Assembly (NCBI GenBank): GCA_964351665.1
Contig: CAYGPO010000007.1
Location: 2,055-55,793 of the forward strand
Direction of reading: 5' to 3'
Source: an uncultured Gammaproteobacteria bacterium
Lineage (GTDB): Bacteria > Pseudomonadota > Gammaproteobacteria > Xanthomonadales > SZUA-38
DNA length: 53,739 nucleotides
The translations under genes were made by a program, and so were the position numbers. Below are positions 35,601 to 43,343 of this stretch, piece by piece (within the stretch, counting starts at the first letter, position 1; every line of letters starts with the position of its first letter). Below the pieces are notes generated by a model that saw nothing but the letters and a program-made list of their open reading frames with translations, did no database searches and had not been told where the DNA came from.

Positions 35601-36337
35601 TTGACCTGCCCCGGCATACGCCGCGAGACCTGGATCAGAACTATGTGCTGGTTTTGTCCCAGGATGCTGATCTTGTGCAGATCCCCGAGGTCCGTCCCGG
35701 AGAGTCCAGGATTGAGATTATCCGCACCATTGGACTGGGTAATGACAACATCGCCAGGGTGCTGGAGAAGATGTCTTTTGACGGTTATGCGGCGGCCAAC
35801 ATGCGGGGCAACTTGAGAGATACCCAGGTTCGAGATCTTAAGGGCGTATTCGCGCGCTGGTTACAGCGTCGTTTCCCGGACGCGCAGCTGGATGATTATT
35901 ACCTGGACAACCTGCAACAGCCCCAGCATCAGCTGGAAATCGAGCTTGAATTTACGGTGCCGGTATTGCGCGGAGCCAACAACGAACTCCGATTGCCGTT
36001 TTTCCTGGAAGATTTCATGCTGGTGCCCAGCAGCACCGAGCCTCGGCAGCATCCGCTGGAAAACACGGTGCCGTTTGCCCTGTCCTCAAGCACAGTGGTG
36101 ACGGTAGACGATGGTGCGCTGAGCTGGAACCGGGACCAAAGCCAGGGTTTTGTGAAACAAAATGAGCTGGCCTGGGAAATCAAAATCTCTGGCCACCCAG
36201 CCCAGGTGACGGTGGCGTTTGAGTTTGAGGAATCGCCCTGGCAAGCCGACGCTGAATTCTATACCGAATATCAGCGCCAGCTAAAACAGATGCACCAACA
36301 GCTGTCTCAATCTCTGACCTGGTCTGGCGCCGACTGA
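32639..36337 (+). CDS. Secreted TPR / DUF3857 / transglutaminase-like protein
   Basis: Start moved to ATG 32639 or 32642, followed by a signal peptide ending SSA-Q. TPR repeats, DUF3857-like region (PQLQPGGIVELVY) and the Cys-His-Asp triad RYGDCKDHA / FDHMV / FIDAT. Confidence 0.85.
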   Translation: MMELSTLSVRWLCVAVLAVMPLPSSAQSAAFEQILKAFGMEAPVPAEPAVHVDKALNYQLQIPPRYSKLDPVKVNEDANLALWNRSKGHWVMVTAEDAGLDMNSREVADFALAMLESSIKVRTLARADHRVNGIDGHLLKITGITGRLKVAYRIWVVSYNGFVYQVTSWKQGPASQEFVAASEQILEGFAVLDPDLHSDEFWDKLNPAKTASSTFGYQLPNGGRWLVSPSNSDLYQEADVAAVDRSGLVQLAVVPVCHEGLEPGLEALQSALVPLLTDTPIASLGAPQAVVADGVEGSAFSRTSEGFSEWVWIFSNAGCSYAILYYGPANDGNQSAEAAAMIAQWDFYQPSMSTAAVDELARNALALAELGDHYVAAESYRNALDYFSLAIANDPTSYSHVGSAASAYNRLSAYAEGLAFLRQVEGQFPRSQQLKSWLAWFSHKLGDGATALALYRTLFAEGYRSDEELDVLLDLLADNQHWEELDQALDQYLTSADTADRTLRLARVEMQRDEGARAVDRLSALDSNTLSSPQRVSLMNTYIDLEQYSLALDVSDQLLVGGYESANLYYQRGDAYFGLGQYLQARSALEMALERAPGSSSILDYLNYINNYLGEGDSTIVSRPIEPVSLPATVQPRFDNNTLTVADSLQDYNTVNLFLATGYSHHPEAALRKTEYRKFKVLNQSAVDASNTLQVTFDAGNERLYVNFLKVRGEQGELLTEADRSRFFITSADDDIQADEEKTLNIPVPQLQPGGIVELVYTVERLGSPGQFPVERHYAMSGRPTADFFLFVNDPLSRVVHRQHLLDPPTQGDGLTLWHTQWPTPYSYESQSPDLEDYAPWLQLGVPGDSWTVIGRDYLDTIAEYIDPQSVQEKTTKLVEGQTERAEKIATIVRYVQQNITYNAIEFGRRGYIPRVARETVRDRYGDCKDHAVLLHTMLASAGIKSHLALANLSEAVLPDMPSMDQFDHMVVYLPDDELFIDATDKNLDLPRHTPRDLDQNYVLVLSQDADLVQIPEVRPGESRIEIIRTIGLGNDNIARVLEKMSFDGYAAANMRGNLRDTQVRDLKGVFARWLQRRFPDAQLDDYYLDNLQQPQHQLEIELEFTVPVLRGANNELRLPFFLEDFMLVPSSTEPRQHPLENTVPFALSSSTVVTVDDGALSWNRDQSQGFVKQNELAWEIKISGHPAQVTVAFEFEESPWQADAEFYTEYQRQLKQMHQQLSQSLTWSGAD

Positions 36338-36351
36338 CCCAGCGCGATGGT

Positions 36352-37755
36352 TCAGAAGTCGGCGTTGCCGGGAACCCTGGGGTAGGGAATCACGTCGCGG
36401 ATATTCTGCATGCCCGTGATGTAGCTCACCAGTCGCTCAAAGCCCAGGCCGAAGCCGGCGTGGGGCACCGTGCCGTAGCGGCGCAGATCCGTGAACCAGC
36501 TGTACTGATCCAGGTCCATGCCGTGTTCCAGCATCCGGCGTTCAAGCACGTCCAGCCGCTCTTCGCGCTGGGAGCCGCCGATGATTTCGCCAATGCCCGG
36601 CGCCAGTACGTCCATGGCTGCGACGGTTTTTTGATCATCGTTCAGGCGCATATAAAAGGCCTTGATCTCCACCGGATAATTCATCACTACCACCGGTCGG
36701 CGGGCATATTGCTCGCTCAAAAAGCGTTCGTGCTCGGTTTGCAGGTCCAGGCCCCATTTGACCGGGTAGTCGAACTTCTTTTGCACCTTGGCCAGCAGTT
36801 CGATGGCTTCGCTGTAATCCATTCGGGCAAAATCTCCCTCAACAATCTGCTCCAGCCGCTTGATGACGGTGCTTTCGACGTTCTTCTGAAAGAAGTCCAT
36901 ATCGTCGGGGCATTCGTCCAGCACCGCGGCGAAAACGTATTTCAGGAAGGTCTCGGACAGATTGGCAAGGTCGGTCAAGTCTGAGAAGGCAATTTCCGGC
37001 TCTATCATCCAGAACTCCGCCAGATGGCGAGAGGTGTTGGAGTTTTCAGCTCGGAAGGTGGGGCCAAAGGTGTAGACCTTGCTAAGTGCCAGGCAGTAGG
37101 CCTCAACATTGAGCTGGCCCGATACGGTGAGAAACGTCTCCCGGCCGAAGAAGTCCTCCTCGTAGGCAACGCTGCCGTCGTCCCGGCGGGGTAGATTGGC
37201 CTGGTCCAGGGTGCTGACCCGGAACAGTTCTCCGGCCCCCTCAGCGTCACTGGCGGTGATAATGGGAGTGTTGATCCAGAAATAGCCGTGTTCGTGGAAA
37301 TAACGGTGAATTGCCTGGGCCACCACATGCCGAACCCGGGTGACAGCGCCAAAGGTATTGGTGCGCGGGCGCAGGTGAGCAACTTCGCGCAGATACTCAT
37401 AGCTGTGTTTTTTTGGCGAGATCGGGTAGGTGTCTGGATTTTCAACCCAGCCCAGTACCTCAACGCTGTTGGCCTGAATTTCCACCGACTGGCCGCGACC
37501 CTTGGACTCCACCAGCCTTCCTGCCACCGCTACCGAGCAGCCGGCGGTGAGCTTCTGTACTTCGCTTGCGTAGTTTTCTCTGTCGGCATCCACCACTGCC
37601 TGAATGGTGCCGAAACAGGAGCCGTCGGATAGCTGAAGAAACGAAAATCCGGCTTTCGAATCCCGCCGGGTGCGCACCCAGGCCTGAACCGTCACATCGC
37701 TGCCGACGTCAATGGCGCCCTTGAGGAGGTCGCTGATGGATAGCTTATTAGTCAC
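36352..37755 (-). CDS. asnS: Asparagine--tRNA ligase
   Basis: [51 protein letters not shown] and [12 protein letters not shown] motifs. Confidence 0.97.
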   Translation of the reverse strand: MTNKLSISDLLKGAIDVGSDVTVQAWVRTRRDSKAGFSFLQLSDGSCFGTIQAVVDADRENYASEVQKLTAGCSVAVAGRLVESKGRGQSVEIQANSVEVLGWVENPDTYPISPKKHSYEYLREVAHLRPRTNTFGAVTRVRHVVAQAIHRYFHEHGYFWINTPIITASDAEGAGELFRVSTLDQANLPRRDDGSVAYEEDFFGRETFLTVSGQLNVEAYCLALSKVYTFGPTFRAENSNTSRHLAEFWMIEPEIAFSDLTDLANLSETFLKYVFAAVLDECPDDMDFFQKNVESTVIKRLEQIVEGDFARMDYSEAIELLAKVQKKFDYPVKWGLDLQTEHERFLSEQYARRPVVVMNYPVEIKAFYMRLNDDQKTVAAMDVLAPGIGEIIGGSQREERLDVLERRMLEHGMDLDQYSWFTDLRRYGTVPHAGFGLGFERLVSYITGMQNIRDVIPYPRVPGNADF

Positions 37756-37794
37756 TGATAACTGATCCTGATGGTGGATTGATGGCTGGGGCTG

Positions 37795-37803
37795 ATGATA
37801 CCA
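37795..37803 (-). promoter_or_regulatory. Extended -10 promoter candidate for asnS (TGG-TATCAT)
   Basis: TGn plus a 5/6 match to TATAAT, about 40 nt upstream of the asnS GTG. Confidence 0.4.
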
Positions 37804-37866
37804 GCGTGTTCTGTCAGTTTGTGCCTTTAACCGGCCCGCCAGGGCAGGGAAGGATGGCTAAAAGCC

Positions 37867-37895
37867 TTGAACCATTGTCCGCTTGGTCGCATATT
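37867..37895 (+). promoter_or_regulatory. Promoter candidate for the Fe-S carrier gene (TTGAAC-N17-CATATT; overlaps a sigma32-like CTTGAA...CGCATAT)
   Basis: Consensus-like boxes with 17-nt spacing, 6 nt upstream of ATG 37902. Confidence 0.4.
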
Positions 37896-37901
37896 AGTGC
37901 C

Positions 37902-38261
37902 ATGCAAAGTTCCTCACCAACATTGAAGGCCCCTGTGGGCATCTTCCTGACGCCCCAGGCTCTCAACCACGTTCGCCGTTACGCGGCGAGGGAAGGTCGC
38001 CAGATGCTGCGCCTGGACCTGACCCGTACCGGCTGCTCAGGCTGGGCCCATGAGGTGTCCCTGGCGGACCAGGCGGACCAGGAAAACGACCTGGTATTCA
38101 GCCAGGATGACGTTAAAGTTGTGGTCCGACGGGAAATACTTCCAATGCTGGACGGCACCCGCATCGACTTTATCACCCAGGGGCTGAACCGCGTGTTCGT
38201 GTTTGACAATCCCCAGGCCGGTGAGGCCTGCGGCTGCGGCGAAAGCTTCACTCTCAGCTAA
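37902..38261 (+). CDS. A-type Fe-S cluster carrier (IscA/SufA/HesB family)
   Basis: TGCSG and CGCGESF motifs. Start moved to ATG 37902. Confidence 0.92.
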   Translation: MQSSSPTLKAPVGIFLTPQALNHVRRYAAREGRQMLRLDLTRTGCSGWAHEVSLADQADQENDLVFSQDDVKVVVRREILPMLDGTRIDFITQGLNRVFVFDNPQAGEACGCGESFTLS

Positions 38262-38266
38262 AGCTC

Positions 38267-38296
38267 TTGCACGTCAGTCCGGGAAAAGCGTAGAAT
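38267..38296 (+). promoter_or_regulatory. Sigma70 promoter candidate of the rpsF operon (TTGCAC-N18-TAGAAT)
   Basis: Near-consensus -35 and -10 boxes about 130 nt upstream of rpsF. Confidence 0.6.
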
Positions 38297-38351
38297 CCCG
38301 CGGCTTGGCCAGATCCTTCCTGTCGAACATATCGGCAGCGGGACTGGTCTG

Positions 38352-38423
38352 ATTCCTTGCTCCACTGTGATCAGCGCCCCTTAAAGGGTCTGATTGCGGG
38401 GGGTAAAACCGAAAGGACACACA
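38352..38423 (+). promoter_or_regulatory. rpsF leader, probable S6:S18-binding autoregulatory RNA
   Basis: TTCCTTGC can pair with the SD-containing AAAGGA and encloses a hairpin (CTGTGATCAG...CTGATTGCGG). A CCG precedes the SD. The layout resembles the gammaproteobacterial rpsF leader. Confidence 0.6.
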
Positions 38424-39029
38424 ATGAGACATTATGAAATCGTGTTCCTGGTCCATCCGGACCAGAGCGAACAGGTGCCGGCGATGGTTGAACGCTATCG
38501 TGGCATCATTGAAACCGGCGATGGCACCATTCACCGGCTGGAAGACTGGGGCCGACGTCAGCTGGCCTATCCCATTCAAAAACTTGCCAAAGCTCACTAC
38601 GTGATGCTCAACGTTGAGTGCACCGCTGAGGTGCTGGCAGAGATTGAGGCAGCCTTCCGCTTCAACGACGCCGTGCTGCGCAATATGGTGGTGCGTCGCA
38701 ACGCGCCGGTCACCGAATCATCGCTGATGCTCAAAGCGAAAGAAGAAAAAGACCAGCGCGAAAAAGTCGAAGCAGAACGCCAGGCAGCCAGTGCCGCCGC
38801 GCGAGCCCAGGCCGTGGCGGACGCTGAGAAGGCCGCTGCCGAAGCCAGGCTGGCCGCTGATGACGAAGCCACTGACGCAGAGGGAGATGATGGCGTCGCT
38901 GCCGATGCAGCAAGCCATGAGGCGGATGAAACTCCGACGGATGAGCCCGCCGCTGAAGCGCCGGAAGCTGCAGCCGACGAGACGCCGGCAGATGCCGATT
39001 CTGACACCGATACTGATAAGGAAGCCTGA
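38424..39029 (+). CDS. rpsF: 30S ribosomal protein S6 with a long Ala/Asp/Glu-rich C-terminal extension
   Basis: [35 protein letters not shown] and FRFNDAVLR motifs. Start ATG 38424 gives 201 aa. Confidence 0.97.
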   Translation: MRHYEIVFLVHPDQSEQVPAMVERYRGIIETGDGTIHRLEDWGRRQLAYPIQKLAKAHYVMLNVECTAEVLAEIEAAFRFNDAVLRNMVVRRNAPVTESSLMLKAKEEKDQREKVEAERQAASAAARAQAVADAEKAAAEARLAADDEATDAEGDDGVAADAASHEADETPTDEPAAEAPEAAADETPADADSDTDTDKEA

Positions 39030-39031
39030 TC

Positions 39032-39256
39032 ATGGCGCGATTTTTCCGACGTAGAAAATTCTGTCGTTTCACCGCCGACGGTGTTGATGAGATCGATTAC
39101 AAAGATCTGGCAACCTTGAAGCAGTACGTGGGTGAGTCGGGCAAAATTGTGCCCAGCCGGATTACCGGCACCAAGGCTCGGTATCAGCGACAGTTGGCCA
39201 TCGCGGTCAAGCGGGCGCGTTATTTGGCGCTGCTTCCCTATACCGATAACCACTAG
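39032..39256 (+). CDS. rpsR: 30S ribosomal protein S18
   Basis: [24 protein letters not shown] and [11 protein letters not shown] motifs. Confidence 0.98.
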   Translation: MARFFRRRKFCRFTADGVDEIDYKDLATLKQYVGESGKIVPSRITGTKARYQRQLAIAVKRARYLALLPYTDNH

Positions 39257-39309
39257 CCACTAAATGGGCGGGCGCAGAGTTTTCGCCCCCGCCTGTCAGG
39301 GTCGATAGT

Positions 39310-40353
39310 GTGCTGGTAACGCTGATAGACCGCAGCCGGATTACCGCCGCATTGATGGTGGCCTTGGGTCTGGTGCTGGCACTGATTGTGCCCCTGGCCT
39401 ATGTTTTGAGCGGCGCAGTTGCGGCGTTTGTCACCCTTCGTCGGGGAAAAACCGACGGTCTCGTGGTGGCCTTTGGTGGACTGGCTATCCTGGGGCTACT
39501 GACCGCAGCCATGGGTTACCCGCCCGGTACCGGCGTGCTGTTGCCGGGTATGTTTTTAGCCGCCAGTGTGGTGGTTGCATGGGCCCTGGAGCAGTCCCGC
39601 AGCCTGGCTTTGTCCATGTGGGTGGCAACCGCACTGGCGTTACTGGCATTGCTGGTTTTTTGGTTGAGCCTGGATAGCCCACAGGCCTTTTGGCAGGGGC
39701 TGTTCGATCAGGTGGTGCAAGCCGCCGCCGAGTCCGGCCAGCAGGAACTGGCGGCGCAATTGGCGCAGATGAGTGGTGGCCTGCAGTGGCGGGGCGTCAC
39801 CGGCCAGTTCTTTGGCAGTTTGTTTTTACTGCTGGTGCTGGGGTTATTTTGGGGCCGTAGCTGGCAAGCCAGGTTGGTCAATCCAGGCGGTTTCAGCCAG
39901 GAATTTTCCCAGCTTAGGCTGGGCCGGGTGCTGGCACTGGTTTCGGCTTTGGCGTTTATGGGGGCCGCTGCTGCGGGTCTGGATTTTGCGTTAAGCGTGG
40001 CGGCGGTCATGCTTTACGTGTGGTTGGTGCCGGCGTTTTCATTGATTCACTGGCTGGTTCGACGGTATCAGCTAGGACGGCCATGGATTTGGACGGCCTA
40101 CTTGCTCTGCATCATGACCTGGATAGGCAGCAATTCGCTGTTTTTGCTGTTTCCCCTGGCAGGGATGTTGAATGAATATCTGGATGTACGTCGTTTGCCA
40201 GGAGCGAGTGATGACGGCGGCGGCGGGCAGAAGCCTGTGGCGCCAGAAGTGGAGCCAGAAGCCGACCAGGAAAATGCCCAGGACGACGGCAACGAAAGCG
40301 GCAACGAAAACGATAGCGACCGCGATGATGAGACGCCGAAAAACGGCAGCTAA
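39310..40353 (+). CDS. DUF2232/YybS-like integral membrane protein
   Basis: Multiple TMs and the GRSWQARLVNPGGFSQEF motif. Conserved position between rpsR and rplI; acidic C-terminal tail. Confidence 0.8.
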   Translation: MLVTLIDRSRITAALMVALGLVLALIVPLAYVLSGAVAAFVTLRRGKTDGLVVAFGGLAILGLLTAAMGYPPGTGVLLPGMFLAASVVVAWALEQSRSLALSMWVATALALLALLVFWLSLDSPQAFWQGLFDQVVQAAAESGQQELAAQLAQMSGGLQWRGVTGQFFGSLFLLLVLGLFWGRSWQARLVNPGGFSQEFSQLRLGRVLALVSALAFMGAAAAGLDFALSVAAVMLYVWLVPAFSLIHWLVRRYQLGRPWIWTAYLLCIMTWIGSNSLFLLFPLAGMLNEYLDVRRLPGASDDGGGGQKPVAPEVEPEADQENAQDDGNESGNENDSDRDDETPKNGS

Positions 40354-40469
40354 GCATTATCTGATGTGCATTTGGCCGGCCAGTCCAGCGGCGGGGTGCA
40401 TAACGCGGTAAAATTTTAGGTAACCGGCGGCGGCTTAGACGCCCCGTTAATTTGACAAGAGGCGAGACA

Positions 40470-40922
40470 ATGGAATTGATTCTGCTGGAGAACGTTCAGA
40501 ATCTGGGAGTCCTGGGTGACGTGGTAACCGTGAAGGCCGGCTATGGCCGCAACTTCCTGGTGCCTAAGGGCAAGGCGGTTCCCGCAACGAAAAACAACCG
40601 TGAGCACTTTGAAGCTCGTCGGGCAGAACTCGAGGCGCGGGCTGCAGAACGCGCGTCAGCGGCAGGTGCGCGACGCGGCGCGGTTGATGGTCAGACCATC
40701 ACCATCCACGCTAACGCCAGCGCCGAGGGCAAGCTTTACGGATCGGTTGGCACGCGGGAAATCGCTGATGCCCTGACCCAGGCCGGATTTGCCGTGGACA
40801 AGCAGGAAGTCATTCTGCCGGACGGCATGATTCGACAGGCTGGTGAATACACCATTGATCTGCATTTCTACGCTGACGTTGACGCTCAGATCACCTTGGT
40901 TGTCGCTGGCGACGAAACTTAA
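40470..40922 (+). CDS. rplI: 50S ribosomal protein L9
   Basis: MELILLE.V.NLG..GD.V.VKAGYGRNFLVP and GKLYGSVG motifs. Start ATG 40470. Confidence 0.98.
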   Translation: MELILLENVQNLGVLGDVVTVKAGYGRNFLVPKGKAVPATKNNREHFEARRAELEARAAERASAAGARRGAVDGQTITIHANASAEGKLYGSVGTREIADALTQAGFAVDKQEVILPDGMIRQAGEYTIDLHFYADVDAQITLVVAGDET

Positions 40923-40928
40923 AGAGTG

Positions 40929-40950
40929 CGTCTGAAGCTGCCTTCAGACG
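40929..40950 (+). terminator. Stem-loop after rplI (CGTCTGAAG-CTGC-CTTCAGACG); possible weak terminator or processing site
   Basis: Perfect 9-bp stem 6 nt after the stop codon, without a good U-tract. Confidence 0.4.
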
Positions 40951-41038
40951 GTATTCCAGAGGGTAGATCCTCCGACCACCATCGCCTCCAGTTGGCGGCT
41001 TTGGAGCCTGGTGGGTTAGATCACCCAGGCGGAGGCTG

Positions 41039-42397
41039 ATGGCTGCCAGCGTTGAGTCTATCCGTGTACCACCCCACTCCGTAGATGCGGAGCAGGCGGT
41101 GCTGGGTGGTCTAATGCTGACCACCGATGCCTGGGACCAGGTGGCGGATCTGGTCACCGAAGACGATTTCTACCGGCGAGACCATCGCCTGATATTCCGC
41201 GCCGTCGCCCAGTTGCGACAGAACGACCAGCCCTGTGACGCCATTACCCTGGGCGAGTGGTTCGAAAGCAACGCGCTCACCGATCAGGTGGGTGGCGCTG
41301 GTTACGTGATCTCGCTGGCCAATAACACTCCCAGCGCGGCTAACATCAAAGCCTATGCAAAAATAGTCCGGGAAAAATCCATCCTGCGTCAGCTGATTGA
41401 CGTCAGTCATGAGATTGCCGGCGATGCCTTCAATCCGGAAGGTCGCAGCAGCGCAGAACTGCTGGAGACCGCAGAAAAAAAGGTTTTTGACATTCGCGAC
41501 AAGGGCTCCCGCCAGCAGGCCGGCTTTGAGCATGTGCGAGAAGGTGTCAAAGAGGCCTTTCGGCAGATTGAATACCTCACCGAACTGGAAGGCAATATCA
41601 CCGGTATTGCCACCGGCTTTAACGACCTGGATGAAAAAACCGCCGGTCTGCAACCCTCTGATTTGATCATCGTCGCCGGCCGCCCGGCCATGGGTAAGAC
41701 CAGCTTTGCGCTGAATATCGCTGAGCACGCTGCGATCTCCGGCGGCGCCACGGTGGCGGTGTTTTCCATGGAAATGTCTTCCCATCAGCTGGTAATGCGG
41801 CTGCTGTCATCCCTGGGACGGATCAACCAGCAGCGCCTTAGAACCGGTAATCTACACGACGATGACTGGCCCCGTCTAACCTCCGCCATGAATATGCTGG
41901 TCAATACCAAGCTGTTCATCGACGAGACGCCGGCCCTGTCGCCCACCGAACTGCGGGCCAGGGCCAGACGGCTAAAGCGTGAACACGATTTGGGTCTGAT
42001 CGTGATCGACTATCTGCAGCTTATGCAGGTGCCTGGCAGCAACGAAAACCGGGCCAACGAAATTGCCGAAATTTCTCGCTCCCTAAAAGCACTGGCAAAG
42101 GAACTGCAGGTGCCGGTAATCGCGCTGTCGCAGCTTAACCGTGCGCTGGAGCAGCGACCCAATAAACGTCCAATCATGGCTGACCTGCGAGAATCGGGCT
42201 CCATCGAGCAGGACGCGGACGTCATCGCCTTTATTTACCGGGACGAGGTCTACAACGTAGACAGTCCGGATAAGGGCAAAGCTGAAATCATTATTGGCAA
42301 GCAGCGAAACGGCTCCACCGGCATGGTGCCACTGACCTTTTTAGGTCAGTACACCCGGTTTGAGAATTTTGCTGCAGACCGGCTGCGGGTGGTCTAG
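41039..42397 (+). CDS. dnaB: Replicative DNA helicase
   Basis: PPHSVDAEQAVLG, AGRPAMGKT, IDYLQL, LSQLNR and DLRESGSIEQDAD motifs. No intein. Confidence 0.98.
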   Translation: MAASVESIRVPPHSVDAEQAVLGGLMLTTDAWDQVADLVTEDDFYRRDHRLIFRAVAQLRQNDQPCDAITLGEWFESNALTDQVGGAGYVISLANNTPSAANIKAYAKIVREKSILRQLIDVSHEIAGDAFNPEGRSSAELLETAEKKVFDIRDKGSRQQAGFEHVREGVKEAFRQIEYLTELEGNITGIATGFNDLDEKTAGLQPSDLIIVAGRPAMGKTSFALNIAEHAAISGGATVAVFSMEMSSHQLVMRLLSSLGRINQQRLRTGNLHDDDWPRLTSAMNMLVNTKLFIDETPALSPTELRARARRLKREHDLGLIVIDYLQLMQVPGSNENRANEIAEISRSLKALAKELQVPVIALSQLNRALEQRPNKRPIMADLRESGSIEQDADVIAFIYRDEVYNVDSPDKGKAEIIIGKQRNGSTGMVPLTFLGQYTRFENFAADRLRVV

Positions 42398-42640
42398 CCC
42401 GCATTATTCACGAAAGCCGCTCATGACCTGGCAAATCCCAGCGCTTTCAGTCCCTTGCGTGGTAAGCCTAAATGGCGGTGGCTGACAGTATGTCGCTGTC
42501 GGCGTCTCGCCTCATCGGGCGGCCCATCTTGAACGATCAGCCTCAAACCATAGCTATGGCTATGGGTTTTCACCCGATCGTCCAATCTGGACTCGCCAGC
42601 TGAGCCGAGTCATCCGACCTCCATGAATAATGCGGGCTAG
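42394..42640 (+). mobile_element. Miniature inverted-repeat element family A, copy 2 (full length, 247 bp)
   Basis: Perfect 17-bp terminal inverted repeats CTAGCCCGCATTATTCA (42394-42410) and TGAATAATGCGGGCTAG (42624-42640). No coding capacity; second copy at 32135-32355. Confidence 0.85.
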
Positions 42641-42644
42641 CAGT

Positions 42645-43325
42645 TTAGCCGCCCAGGAGTGTGCCCACCTGGGAAAACTCATGACAGACCCGGTCGGGCT
42701 TCAAGTCCTGTTCAGTTAGTCCCTGATGGTAACCATAACTGACCCACGCAACCTGCATCCCGGCGTTGCGAGCGGCGCTGACGTCGGTTGCCGAATCGCC
42801 AATCATCCAGCTTGAATCCGCTTCGCAGCCCAGCTCAGTAAGTGCCCTGTGCAAGGGCAGTGGGTGGGGTTTTTTTTCCGCCAGGCTGTCGCCACCAATG
42901 ACCACAGGAAAATAGCCCTGCAGATCAAATTTGTTCAGTACCTGGACCGCAAACCGTTGCGGTTTGTTGGTCACGCAGGCCATCGCGATCTGCTGTTGGC
43001 TGAGCTTAGCCAAAGTCTGGGCGACTCCCGGATAGAGTGTGCAGCGGCTGGCGTTATGCCGCTGATAGTGTTCCATGAACAGGGCCAGTGCGGCATCTAG
43101 CAATGATTCGCTGGCGCTCGTTGTGAGCGCCGTGATGGCCCGGCGAACCAGCATTGGCGCACCGCCGCCGATCCAATCCCGGGTTTGGGCAATCCCCGCC
43201 GCCGGCAATCCAAGTTGCGCCAGGGTGGCATCCAATGCCCCGGCAATATCCAGCGCGGTATCGGCCAGGGTGCCGTCCAGATCAAATAGCAACGCCGACT
43301 TGGTTGGTAGTGCGGGACTAGTCAT
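42645..43325 (-). CDS. gph: Phosphoglycolate phosphatase (HAD superfamily)
   Basis: FDLDGTLADT, VTNKP, KKPHP and IGDS..D motifs. Confidence 0.85.
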   Translation of the reverse strand: MTSPALPTKSALLFDLDGTLADTALDIAGALDATLAQLGLPAAGIAQTRDWIGGGAPMLVRRAITALTTSASESLLDAALALFMEHYQRHNASRCTLYPGVAQTLAKLSQQQIAMACVTNKPQRFAVQVLNKFDLQGYFPVVIGGDSLAEKKPHPLPLHRALTELGCEADSSWMIGDSATDVSAARNAGMQVAWVSYGYHQGLTEQDLKPDRVCHEFSQVGTLLGG

Positions 43326-43343
43326 AGACGATTTCTGCTCGGG

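Noticed and set aside
40929-40951. Neisseria-type DNA uptake sequence pair
   Set aside because: Only partial matches to GCCGTCTGAA, and I saw no recurrence elsewhere. A simple hairpin explains it.
41039-42397. Intein in DnaB
   Set aside because: The 452-aa length is normal and all helicase motifs are contiguous.
32135-42640. Composite transposon bounded by the two family A copies
   Set aside because: The enclosed genes include core asnS, rpsF, rpsR, rplI and dnaB. There is no transposase, copy 1 lacks its left end, and the copies are about 10% diverged.
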